The notes under the pieces: generated by a model
What the model was told of the DNA's origin: nothing
Seen by the model: the letters and a program-made list of their open reading frames with translations, nothing else
Database searches by the model: none
From: Candidatus Multivoradales bacterium
Lineage (GTDB): Bacteria > Acidobacteriota > Thermoanaerobaculia > Multivoradales > J023
Direction of reading: 5' to 3'
NCBI GenBank assembly: GCA_965248925.1
Contig: CBDFLE010000006.1
Coordinates: forward strand, 2,368,001-2,432,000
Length of the DNA stretch: 64,000 bases
Shown: positions 39,678 to 49,357 of the stretch, in pieces
Layout: every line of letters starts with the position of its first letter
Numbering within the stretch: the first letter of the stretch is position 1
Program-made: the position numbers and the translations under genes

Positions 39678-42600
39678 TCAAGGGGTAGCCTCGCCCGTGG
39701 CGCTCACCCGCAGTCGCGCACCGGCCGAATAAGCGGCGAATTCGGGCGCATACATCGACTGCACCTCGGCGGGGCCAACCCTGAAGGTGCCGGCATGAGT
39801 GGCTCGCAGTCGGTAGCGCAAGACCACCTCGCCGACCGGCAACCGCTCGAAGAAGAAGTTGGTAGCGCTGTCGCGCGGCTCCTCGTAATACCCCACACCC
39901 GTCTGCCAACGGTATCCCGAGCGTGGATTCTCGGGCTCGAATCCCGCCGCCCGCGGATCGCGCAGATGGACATACTCGGCGGCATGCTGGGTACGCAGCA
40001 CCAGCTCGACTTGCAGCTGGTCGCCGACCGCGATCTCGGCCGCGGCGACGAGCGGCTCGATCAACCACTCATGCCCATCGTGCCAACGGCGGAAGTAGCG
40101 ACGCTCGACGGCAAAGAAATCCCCCACCGCGGTTTCTGGCAAGCGTTCGCTAGAGAAATGCCAAGTCGCAGACGCGAACATCAAACCCGGGGTCTTCTTA
40201 GCCACCTCGATGCGGGCCATGGAAGGCTCGATCGCGGCTCCTTCGACCACCAACTGACGTCCTTTGCCGGTATAGCTATCGGGCTCGAAGACGAAGCGCC
40301 GGCGGCGTGAGCCGATTCGCACCACCGCTTCCTCGCGCACCGCCAGGCTCTGTTCGTCGGCCAAGTAGTGGGCCAGGGCGTAGACTACTTCGGCGGTGGC
40401 ACGGGTCGATTTCCAATGATTGAGCTTCTTGTTCAACATCAGCCATTGGGCTAGGCCGTGGCGGCGTGAGTCTTCGGGATCGATCTCCATCAGCGCGCGC
40501 AGGGCGAAAGCATGGCTCTCGATGGTGTCGTTGTACCACAGCCAAGAACGCTCCTCCGGCGCCCAATAAGTACCGAGTCGCGGATCGCTCTTGGCCGAAT
40601 CCATCAGACTGTCGAAAAGCAGCCGCGCATCCTGCTGCCGTCCCTGGCGATGGAGGGCCAAGGCCAGGTACGCCTTCAACCGCGGCGCCGCTTGGCGCCA
40701 GTGCTGGAAGCCGTGGTCGAGTAAGGCCCGCCGATCGTCATCGCTGAAGACTCCGTCGGTCCACGACGCGTCGGGATAGCTCGACAGCACGTAAGCCAGG
40801 TAGGCGCCAGTTGGCCAAGGTAAATTCTCGGCAAGACGCTCATCCCGGTCCAGGCGATAGCTCTGCTCGACATAGCGCCAGGCGCGGGCAACCAGCTGCC
40901 GCGGCACCTCGACGTCGTGTTCCAATGCCCGCGCTAGACCGTCGAGCAAATAGAGGGTGATGTAGGGCGAAGGCGGCCCGCCTGGCCACCAAGGGAAGCC
41001 GCCAGCGGCGGTCTGGACGCGCTCTAGTTCAGCCAAAGAAGTATCGCGCTGGGCGCGAGCGATCACCGGGTCCAACACCTTGATCAAGCCCTCGGCGGCG
41101 GCCTCGCCACCAGCTGCCGCCACCCTCCAGGGGGTTTCTTCGAGCAGCAACTGGCGGTTGGGATCCTCCTGCCGCCAAGCTTCCAGCCGCGTCTCGCGCT
41201 TCGCAAGATTCTCTGCCAGGCGGCTGATCGCCGGATATTGATCGAAGAGGGTGGCCACAATCCCGGTCGACAAGAAGCGATTCAGGGTTTGCTCGACACA
41301 CTCATAGGGGTATTCGACCAAGTAAGGCAAGGCGGCTAGTACGCCGTAGAAGAGCTGCCCGTCCAGGGTGACCACTAACTGCTCGTCGATCCGCGTCGGA
41401 TCGTCTTGGCGCGCCAAGTCGGCAAACTCCAACCGCTCGACCGCGTCACCCGACAGGGCGACGAAGCGACTTTGGGTCAAGTGCAAGCGGCTAGGCAGCA
41501 CCGCCAACGGCCGCACCTCGCCATCGCCCAGCGCACCCGCTCGAGCCATAACCCGCACCGCAAGGGGACCAATCCTTGGCGGTACGGTAAGCGCAAAGCG
41601 CAGCTCGCTGCCAGCGCCAGGTTCAACCGCGAAGGTCCGCCGCGCTTGCGCCGCGGTGAGGCCAAATTCCTCGAGCAAGCTGACCTCGGTCCGAGGATCA
41701 AAGAGCTCGAAGGTCAGCTCGCCGGCCAAGGGTCGGTCGCCAGCATTGTTGACCACAACCTCGATGGCGGTCTGGTCGCCGGCACGCAGGAAGCGCGGCA
41801 AGTAGGGCCGAACCAACAGATCCTTGACCGTCCGCGTCTCAGCCTGCGCTCGGCCCGAAGAAAACTCGCGGGTCAATGCGTGCGCCCAAACCCGCCACTC
41901 GGTCACCGAGTCCGGCACGGTGAACTGCAAAGCAACTCCTCCTTCCTCATCGGTCAGCAGATGGGGAAACCAGAAGGCGGTTTCGGAGAAATCACTGCGC
42001 AGTTCTGGCGCCGCGGTCGGCGGCGGCGCGGCGGGAGGGCGGGCCGATAAATCGGCCATTTCCGCTTGCACAACGACCGGAGTTTGGGCGCTGACCACCA
42101 CGGCCTCCGCCATCTCCTGCCCTTCTTGGGCCATCGCAGAAGAGCCGAAGACCTTCATTACCTGCCTTCCACGACGCCCGAAACCACCGATCGGATAGCT
42201 GTCGAAGAATTTCAGTCGATCGCCCTGAAAACTTGGAAAAGGAGGCAAATCGATCCACCCCTCGGCCCTATTCCACACCTGAGATGCATGGCCCAAAGAG
42301 CTACGAAAACCCAGACCACCGCCGTACACCGGATATACCGATCGCGGATCATGGGGGCGATGCTGAGCGAAGAGATCCAGACTGCGATCGTACATGTAGG
42401 CCAAGATCTCGGCCTCCCCAGCTCCTACCGGCTGTCCATCCTGGCGCCGCACCTCAAGTCGCCAGGTTTCGGCGCCGCCCGGCCGCAGGCGGTCGCGGAA
42501 GGTAGAGAAAGCCAGCTGCAAGTGACGGTTATCCCACGGCACGGCGATCTGCCGACTCAACGTCATCATTTGATGATCGCGCAGCGCTCGCAGCGTAACG

Positions 42601-45600
42601 CTGAACCCACCGCGCAGGCTGTCGTCGATAGATAGCTCTACAATTGCAGAGTCGTCGCCCGCCCGCAGCCGGCGGCGCTCGATCAGCGTTCCGTTACGCG
42701 CGATTTCGAGTTCGAGCGACAGGCCGTCCAGGGCCGAGAAGGCGAACACACGCAGCGTCTGGCCTACCCGCACCGTGCCTTCGTCGACCCCCAACAGCAG
42801 GGGCAAGGCCAGAGGCGTTGAGCGGTCGGCGACGACCACCAGTTCGCGCGCCACCTCGCAACGCTGGCCCCAGGCGTCGAGAGTCGAGTAGCGCAAGCGG
42901 TAGGCGCCCGGCGCCAAGTCACCAAGTTCGATCTCGGCCCGCCCACGCGCATCGTGGTTGAGTTCGCCCCGTGCCAACTCGGCACCATCCGGCCAACCGT
43001 GCAGCACCGCCTCGGGCTGGTAGGTAGGCTGCCAGCGAGGCCGCAGGAGATCGCCGGGGGTGTGAAACCAGTGCTCAACCGCGGCGCCGTGGGTTGGCGT
43101 AAAGGGCTGTTCGGCCGGCAACAGCGCTTCCTCTGGCTGCTGCAAACGCAGCAGTCGCCATTCCCCGCTGCCGGCTCGCGGCACCCTTTCGAGATCACGG
43201 CGCAAGACGCTCAGCGCCAGCGAGCGGCCGGCAAAGTGTGGGCTCGGACCTTCGATCTGCGCTTCGATGGCAATCAGGCCAAGGCGGAAAGCACGTTCTG
43301 CCGAGCGAGTCTCGCCACCTTCGTCGGTGACCTCGGCACTCAGCCGGTAGCGGTAGGAAAGCGCTTGATCTTCACCTTGCTCGTCTGCCTGCGGCAGAAA
43401 GCGCACCTCGAACCGACCCGCCGCGCTGAGTTCCGCGCGACCGGCGGCAACGGTCTGGGCCGGACCGCGCGGCCGGGGATTCCAGCCCCGCCACCAGGGC
43501 GGATAGACCGGCTCGCGCACCACCCGCCAATCGACCTTGCCAGCGCTGACTGGCAGGCCGAAGTAGTAGCGCGCGGAGCCTTCGAGCAGCGCTTCACGGT
43601 TGAGCCGCAAAGCACCGGGCGGATCGTCGATGGCGACCTCGAACGTGGGCCGCTTGTACTCCTCGACTTGCAGCGTGACCCAGCCGCCCAGGTCGGTGCC
43701 GAGGCTCCAGCTACCGAGCAAGCGACCCGCGGGCAAAGCAAACTCACCAGCGGCCGACCCAAAGGAGTTGGTCTCGGCCTCCACCTGGGCGATTTCCTCG
43801 CCATTGGCATCGCGCAGAACAACCTGCAAAGTGCGTTCGGGCAGCACTTCGAAACGCCCCGCCTCGCCGTTGCCGCCGTAGGCCACCACTTTCCACTTCA
43901 GCTGCTGGCCCGGCCGGTAGGCGCTGCGGTCGGTGTAGATCAGAACGTCTGTGCGTTGCTGCTGACCTACCCCCCGGTGCTGGCGGGGATAGGCATCGAG
44001 AAAGGCCACCTCGCGGCCACGCCGAGCCAGCAAGAACAGCTGGCCGCCGCCTCGCATCTCGGGCTGCGGCAGGATCAGAGAGCCGTCGCGGCGACTGCTC
44101 TGCTGCGCCAGTAAGCGCGGCGACCGCTGCCAGTCCATGACATAGAGCCCCACCTCGACGCCACCCACAGGCTCGCCGCTGGCTCCCGAACGCACCGCCA
44201 CCTCGGTGCGCCTCTCGGCGGTCGAAGTGCTCAACACCAGATCGCCAATGAAGATTTGAACGGCGGTCAATTGGTTGCGCTTGACCTCGAAATCGGCCCG
44301 AGCGGAGGCGACGACCAAGTAGGCGCCGGGCTCTTCGAAGGGAGGGTTGACGTAGGTGTGGTGGCGGCGCAAATCGAGGCTTTGAGGCAACTCGACGGAC
44401 CACTCGTGGATCGGCTGGCGCTTGGCAACCCACTGCCGCACCCGCTCGCCGCGGGGTAGCAGAGTACCCCGAGCATCGGCCAGCACACGATCCATGTCGA
44501 GCGCATAGGCGCGAAAAAATAGCCGTTCCAGATTGGCGTGGCCAAGCCGCATGGAGCGCTTATCCAATCCGTCCGAGAGCATCGCTTCGAGCTGGTAGGA
44601 CGGGGCGGTCAGCGACGCCATCAGATTCGCACAGCGGTGCCCACCCGGGCTCTGGGGATGCGCCTGCTGGCCTGCGCGGGCCACTTCGAGAGCCTGGACT
44701 AGGCTGTCCGGGGCGTTGCCGGAGCGGATCAACTCCGCCAGCTCCGCCTGACCCACCGCCCACCAGGGCAGGTGTCTACCGCTGCGCTTCAGGGCGGCTC
44801 GCAGATCAGCCTCGAGCAGCTGACGATCGGGCTGGCTGTCGAGATGAGGCCGCAGTCGCCGATGGCGCTCGAGGCGCGCCTCAAGAGCTGCTTCGGGCCG
44901 TTCGGCAGCAGCGTGCCAGGCCTCCAGATCACCCAAGATGGTGGCAACTTCGAGAAGTGGATGGGGGGCCGGCTCGGCCACCTTCGCGGTCGCTTGCGGC
45001 AACGAGCCAGCGGCGGCCAACAGGATCTTCCGGTCAAGACTGAAGACTCCATTGGCGGCAGCCGGACTCCATAATGAGGCGTCGGCGAGCAGCTCCACCC
45101 ACAGGTAGGTGAGGACATCGCGCAGCGTCCCTCGAATGCGCGGCGGATAGTCGTTGGACACCAGATACTCGGCCATTCGGCCCACCGGCCCGTCACCCCA
45201 CTGCTGGCGCCTGAGCCAGACCTTTTGGTAGCGGCGCTGGGCCGCGGTGACGATTTGCTCTTGGGTCCAGGTAGCTAGATCGATCTCCCCATCACCGGCC
45301 ACCCGCTCGCGCTGAGCAATCTCCCAGGAATAAGCGTGAAAGTAGTTCAGCAAGCTGCGGCCGACGAAGAGGTCCAGGGCTGACCGCTCGGGGTCGGCTT
45401 GCGGCCAAGACTCGGTGAGCAGCTGGCCCACCGCCTGCTCATAACCCCCCAACGAGGCGCGCAGCTGCGCCCCACGCACCAACGCCCGGCCCCAGGAACT
45501 TTGGTCACCGGCCGCGCGAGCCTTATCGAGCAGCCGCTCCACCCGCTCCAGCGCCGCCGCCATCTTCTGCTCAGAGATCAGCTGGTCGACCTGCTGCCAA

Positions 45601-45773
45601 TCGGCTTCGTACATCGAGCTTTCCCCCTGGCTCCGCGGACGGTGATCGAGCGGTTGACTTGCTTGGCTGACAGGTGCGGACTGGCAAGCAGCGAACAGCA
45701 GCCAAATCAGCCACCAACACCACCGCACGACGATCAACTCAGAACCTGACGAACGCACTCTCGATGATTTCAT
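39678..45773 (-). CDS. alpha-2-macroglobulin family (lipo)protein
   Basis: YTDRSAYRPG (MG2), FSETAFWFPHL, thioester YECVEQ, WKSTRATA, SMYAPE; lipobox-like FAAC; start uncertain. Confidence 0.92.
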   Translation of the reverse strand: MKSSRVRSSGSELIVVRWCWWLIWLLFAACQSAPVSQASQPLDHRPRSQGESSMYEADWQQVDQLISEQKMAAALERVERLLDKARAAGDQSSWGRALVRGAQLRASLGGYEQAVGQLLTESWPQADPERSALDLFVGRSLLNYFHAYSWEIAQRERVAGDGEIDLATWTQEQIVTAAQRRYQKVWLRRQQWGDGPVGRMAEYLVSNDYPPRIRGTLRDVLTYLWVELLADASLWSPAAANGVFSLDRKILLAAAGSLPQATAKVAEPAPHPLLEVATILGDLEAWHAAAERPEAALEARLERHRRLRPHLDSQPDRQLLEADLRAALKRSGRHLPWWAVGQAELAELIRSGNAPDSLVQALEVARAGQQAHPQSPGGHRCANLMASLTAPSYQLEAMLSDGLDKRSMRLGHANLERLFFRAYALDMDRVLADARGTLLPRGERVRQWVAKRQPIHEWSVELPQSLDLRRHHTYVNPPFEEPGAYLVVASARADFEVKRNQLTAVQIFIGDLVLSTSTAERRTEVAVRSGASGEPVGGVEVGLYVMDWQRSPRLLAQQSSRRDGSLILPQPEMRGGGQLFLLARRGREVAFLDAYPRQHRGVGQQQRTDVLIYTDRSAYRPGQQLKWKVVAYGGNGEAGRFEVLPERTLQVVLRDANGEEIAQVEAETNSFGSAAGEFALPAGRLLGSWSLGTDLGGWVTLQVEEYKRPTFEVAIDDPPGALRLNREALLEGSARYYFGLPVSAGKVDWRVVREPVYPPWWRGWNPRPRGPAQTVAAGRAELSAAGRFEVRFLPQADEQGEDQALSYRYRLSAEVTDEGGETRSAERAFRLGLIAIEAQIEGPSPHFAGRSLALSVLRRDLERVPRAGSGEWRLLRLQQPEEALLPAEQPFTPTHGAAVEHWFHTPGDLLRPRWQPTYQPEAVLHGWPDGAELARGELNHDARGRAEIELGDLAPGAYRLRYSTLDAWGQRCEVARELVVVADRSTPLALPLLLGVDEGTVRVGQTLRVFAFSALDGLSLELEIARNGTLIERRRLRAGDDSAIVELSIDDSLRGGFSVTLRALRDHQMMTLSRQIAVPWDNRHLQLAFSTFRDRLRPGGAETWRLEVRRQDGQPVGAGEAEILAYMYDRSLDLFAQHRPHDPRSVYPVYGGGLGFRSSLGHASQVWNRAEGWIDLPPFPSFQGDRLKFFDSYPIGGFGRRGRQVMKVFGSSAMAQEGQEMAEAVVVSAQTPVVVQAEMADLSARPPAAPPPTAAPELRSDFSETAFWFPHLLTDEEGGVALQFTVPDSVTEWRVWAHALTREFSSGRAQAETRTVKDLLVRPYLPRFLRAGDQTAIEVVVNNAGDRPLAGELTFELFDPRTEVSLLEEFGLTAAQARRTFAVEPGAGSELRFALTVPPRIGPLAVRVMARAGALGDGEVRPLAVLPSRLHLTQSRFVALSGDAVERLEFADLARQDDPTRIDEQLVVTLDGQLFYGVLAALPYLVEYPYECVEQTLNRFLSTGIVATLFDQYPAISRLAENLAKRETRLEAWRQEDPNRQLLLEETPWRVAAAGGEAAAEGLIKVLDPVIARAQRDTSLAELERVQTAAGGFPWWPGGPPSPYITLYLLDGLARALEHDVEVPRQLVARAWRYVEQSYRLDRDERLAENLPWPTGAYLAYVLSSYPDASWTDGVFSDDDRRALLDHGFQHWRQAAPRLKAYLALALHRQGRQQDARLLFDSLMDSAKSDPRLGTYWAPEERSWLWYNDTIESHAFALRALMEIDPEDSRRHGLAQWLMLNKKLNHWKSTRATAEVVYALAHYLADEQSLAVREEAVVRIGSRRRRFVFEPDSYTGKGRQLVVEGAAIEPSMARIEVAKKTPGLMFASATWHFSSERLPETAVGDFFAVERRYFRRWHDGHEWLIEPLVAAAEIAVGDQLQVELVLRTQHAAEYVHLRDPRAAGFEPENPRSGYRWQTGVGYYEEPRDSATNFFFERLPVGEVVLRYRLRATHAGTFRVGPAEVQSMYAPEFAAYSAGARLRVSATGEATP

Positions 45774-46022
45774 GACCACGAGTCTATCGGCTGCATGCTG
45801 CCCCGGCTGGAGGAAGGTGATTCTGAGCCAGCCAGCGTAAACTTCCATGCCGCGATATTCAACGGCGTAAGCGGGCATCGGCGGCAATTACGCCTGTGGG
45901 TGACCTGCTGAATGGAAGATCAGCGTAAGTACCCGTTTACAGAAGAGGGTGGCTGCTGCTCAGGCACTCGCCGACATCGACACCCGCTCTGGAGCAAAGA
46001 AGCCAGCTTTGTCTTCACGATT

Positions 46023-47604
46023 CTAGAGCGGAGGGCAGCCACCGAGTGTCCGTGCATCCGCTATCTCGGTGTGGTAGCTCCTCAGCATTTCGGGAGTCAG
46101 TCTGCCGCAGACAGCATCTTGCCGCAGACGCACCAGCGTCGACGCCATCGTCCGATTGTGGTCCAAGGCACTGACTAGCTGCGGGGTCTGCTCGGTGGCT
46201 CTCTTCGCTTCGTGACTCTTCCCAGCCAAGAGGAAGCACTCTACTCGGTTGATGGTAGCCATTGTCGCAAGAAGTGGACTGGTCGCGCTCAATAGGCCAA
46301 TCGCTTTTTTCTGACTCTCCTCAACTTGCAGTGGGTGATTTCAGCCGGCAAGGGTAGAGAAATGCCCTGAACACCGGTGTTTACGGCACCTGAGCCTCTC
46401 CCAGCTCCTTGCACACACGCCTGAGCCCCGATCGCCGCCGCCGCCGGCCCTGTGGGAGGGGCGGTAAGCCGCGGCAGGGCGGGGGTCTCCGGCTTTCCGC
46501 GCCGTCCACAGGGCATCTGCAAAGCCACGAAGGAACCCACTCCTATTTGAGGAGAGCCTTTTTTCCGGTACCTAGTGGCACTGCCTGGCTCGCCGATCTT
46601 TCGCAGCCAGAGCCCTTTCGTCACCGCCACAATTCCTTGGCTGTACGAGTCGGCGATGGTAACGCAACCCTCTGCGGAATCCAGAGCACCTCGAGCTCCT
46701 TCCAAGTTCCCCAGCGAGACAAGAGCCGATGCCAGGTTGTTGTAGACTCCAGCCTCGAATCGGGGAAGTAGGCTTCCTAAGTTCGTTGCTGTGAGGAGGT
46801 GCAGTTGAGCTGTACCTTGAGTGTAATTCCCGGAGTAGATGTGGGCCAGCGCCGTTGCAAAACTTAACCTCATACTGGCCGGTGAGTTCGGCTGCAATGC
46901 AGCAGCCGTGGACAGTAGATTATGTGCAGAGGAACTCTCGCCCGAGTCCATCAGTAAGTAGGCTGCCCGCACTATCAAACTCAGCCGCGCCTCATTCGGG
47001 AAACGCCCAAGAACCGAGAACGCCACGAGCAGCATTCTTGCTGCCATTTCCAGTGCTCCGCCGATGCGGCAGCAGGAGCTGAGGACTACGGTCGCCCGTG
47101 CAAAGACCTCCAAGGCGCCAGGGCCCGTCAGTGTGGGTGCCACACATTCTCGGCCAGCGACAGCACCTGGCATGCGGCAATCCAAGGCATCTTGTAGCGT
47201 AGCTCATCAGCTTCTTCAATCGTGCCAAGGTGTGCAGCAACCAAGCCGCTTGCAGTGCTAGTGGGGACATTGGACTGACCCACCAGCCATCGTGCCTTCC
47301 GTTTCAGCCTCACGATCACCGGCGGATCTGATAAGCCGGGTGGCAGGAACGCCTCAAGGAGGCTTTCCGCATCATTAACCTCACTCTTAGTGGCTAGCTC
47401 GCTGAAGCTCAGATTTACGGCGTCGAGGATTTTCAACAGCTTCCTGAAGGTGGGATTCACTTTGCCGGCAAGTAGCTTCGGCAGGTAGGACTTCGAAACT
47501 CCCATATTGCGCCCCAACTGAAGCTGGCTCAGCGGATGTCGCCGGATATGCGCCGTCAGCACGACCAGAAGTCGTCGATACTCCTCGTCAGTGCGGTGTC
47601 CCAT
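46023..47604 (-). pseudogene. XRE-HTH + TPR regulator, frameshifted and interrupted
   Basis: HTH (QLQLGRNMGVSKSYLPKLLAG), TPR region in another frame (VYNNLASALVSLGNLEGA), C-terminal piece resembling the 35306 protein; insertion at 46290-46577. Confidence 0.7.
46290..46577. mobile_element. MITE-like / IS-derived non-coding insertion
   Basis: Imperfect inverted ends CA(A/C)TAGG plus inverted CTCTCCTCAA boxes (46315-46324, 46547-46556); long internal hairpin GCCCTGTGG..CCACAGGGC (46447-46514); interrupts the TPR gene. Confidence 0.6.
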
Positions 47605-47865
47605 GTCCTGCCGTCCCCAAGATTTAAGTAGTGACCTGCATCTGCATGGCGGGAAATGCGGTGCTACTTCCCTCGTAGAGTCAAATCGCCAAGCCATTCC
47701 ATCAACAAACCCTCGCGAACTCGCTGCTGGCCGCAAGAAGTACGAAGTAGAGCTTTGGCACTATAGCAAGAGGGTAGACTGTACCCCACCAGGGTAAGAT
47801 TCAAGATCGTTGATTGGTTTCGACCTACCCTGCTCTAGGCTCCTCAAACCCCAAGAGGAGCCCCG

Positions 47866-48160
47866 ATGACCGACGACCAAATCCAAGCCGCCTTGAGCCC
47901 CCTAAGCGGCTGGCACCGCGCCGAAAACGTCCAAGCGATCGGCAAGCACTACCTGCTCGACACCTGGCGCGATGCCATGATCTTCGTCGACTTCGTGCTC
48001 TTCACCGGCGAGCGGCTGGCCATCACCCCGCGAATCGTCATCGTCGGCCGCCGGCTCAGTGTCCAGATCGGACCCCGACCCCCAGCCAGCCTGAACAGCA
48101 GGCATTTCGAATATGCCCACTCCCTCGACCTCCCATGCGGATCCGGCGAAGAAACCCTGA
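47866..48160 (+). CDS. pterin-4a-carbinolamine dehydratase (PCD)-fold-like small protein
   Basis: GAGGAG RBS; IQAALSPLSGW..IGKHY..WRDAMIFVDFV pattern; end inferred from a +1-frame TGA at 48158 just before a terminator (the ORF track reads through to 48564). Confidence 0.55.
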
Positions 48161-48176
48161 GGTCGCTGGAGCCCTC

Positions 48177-48218
48177 CCTCCGGGCCGGGCCTCTCTCCCG
48201 GCCCGGAGGCTCTTTTTT
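48177..48218 (+). terminator. intrinsic terminator
   Basis: 13-bp perfect stem CCTCCGGGCCGGG/CCCGGCCCGGAGG followed by CTCTTTTTT. Confidence 0.8.
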
Positions 48219-48250
48219 CACCCGGTCAGACCCTCACCAGGAGAACAGCG

Positions 48251-48574
48251 ATGAAACCAGAACGCATCCAACTCGGCTTGCAGGGCTTGGTCCACTGGCG
48301 TCAACCCAGTACCGCAGATCAGGTCATCAGCCGGCAGATCGGCCTCGCCAACTTCACCAGCGCCAGCGACCTGCTGCGCAAGAGCCTCGTGCTGGCCAAA
48401 AGGCTGGAGATGCAGCTCGATCTGCACCTCCAAGGCAGCACCTTGAAAGTGCGCCTGCCCTGTGCTCCCGAAACCGAACTCACCGAGCGCCATCTCTCCC
48501 TGGCCCGCGCCATCGAGAGCCTCGCCGCCGAGGAAGAGCAGCGGGCACCCCGCCAAGTCAATGACCGCCGGTGA
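48251..48574 (+). CDS. second PCD-fold-like small protein
   Basis: AGGAG RBS; ERIQLGLQGLVHW..ISRQI..FTSA..LTERHLSLARAIE resembles PCD topology and the upstream ORF. Confidence 0.55.
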   Translation: MKPERIQLGLQGLVHWRQPSTADQVISRQIGLANFTSASDLLRKSLVLAKRLEMQLDLHLQGSTLKVRLPCAPETELTERHLSLARAIESLAAEEEQRAPRQVNDRR

Positions 48575-48668
48575 GATTTTTCGACGCCCGTTGTAACGAA
48601 GCCATCCCATTTACGCCTATAGATACTGAAGCGACCGAAACCCGTGTCCGCGAAAGGACCAAACCCCA

Positions 48669-49340
48669 ATGCCGAGCCATCACCTCCCTCTTGCCCTACC
48701 GGTTCTTCTACTCACCGCCCTGCTCACCCTGCCATCCCCGACCCAGGCTCTCGACCTGACCTTCGACAGCCACGCGGCCACCGCCGCCGGTCTGGCCGCC
48801 GACACCCCGGTGGCCTGGCTGTGGACCGGGCGGGTGGTCGAGGGCTATTCCACCCGCGTCGAACTCGAAACCCGCGCCGGCCTGGCCGACCGCTCTGGGG
48901 CGGTGCGGCTCCAGAGTGAGCGCCCCTTGCCCGAGCAGTCGATCTGGGCATTGGCTGACCTCCGTAGCGGCGACCTGCTGCTCGACTGGCCAGCGGCCTC
49001 GCAAGCCAGTCTGCTGGAACTACCCGCCGTGGACCTAGAGCCCGACCGCCTGACCCTCGCCGGCCGCCGTTTCCAGGCCCTGCTGATCCGCCCCGGAGTC
49101 GGCGCTTGGACAGCCCTGGTGACCGATGGCGGCGACGCCGATGCCGACGGCGAGCAGAATGCCAGCGTCACCGTGGCGGTGGAGCACTTGCTGCCGCTGA
49201 ATGAGGAGACCCCCGCCGCCGCCGAGCGCTTGAAACCGGGTGATCGCCTGTTGCTGGCCGACCCCGACCACCTGCGGCTGTGGGTCGCCGCCATCGATCG
49301 CGAGTCGTTCAAGGACCCATCGCCCGACACTTCACGCTGA
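48669..49340 (+). CDS. secreted hypothetical protein, upstream of RHS
   Basis: Sec signal ending TQA; DGGDADADGEQN acidic loop; stops 17 bp before the RHS start. Confidence 0.75.
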   Translation: MPSHHLPLALPVLLLTALLTLPSPTQALDLTFDSHAATAAGLAADTPVAWLWTGRVVEGYSTRVELETRAGLADRSGAVRLQSERPLPEQSIWALADLRSGDLLLDWPAASQASLLELPAVDLEPDRLTLAGRRFQALLIRPGVGAWTALVTDGGDADADGEQNASVTVAVEHLLPLNEETPAAAERLKPGDRLLLADPDHLRLWVAAIDRESFKDPSPDTSR

Positions 49341-49357
49341 GCCCCGAGGAAAAGACT

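Noticed and set aside
47866-48564. 232-aa ORF as a single protein
   Set aside because: It runs through a strong terminator and overlaps a better ORF (48251) with its own RBS; the tail looks non-coding
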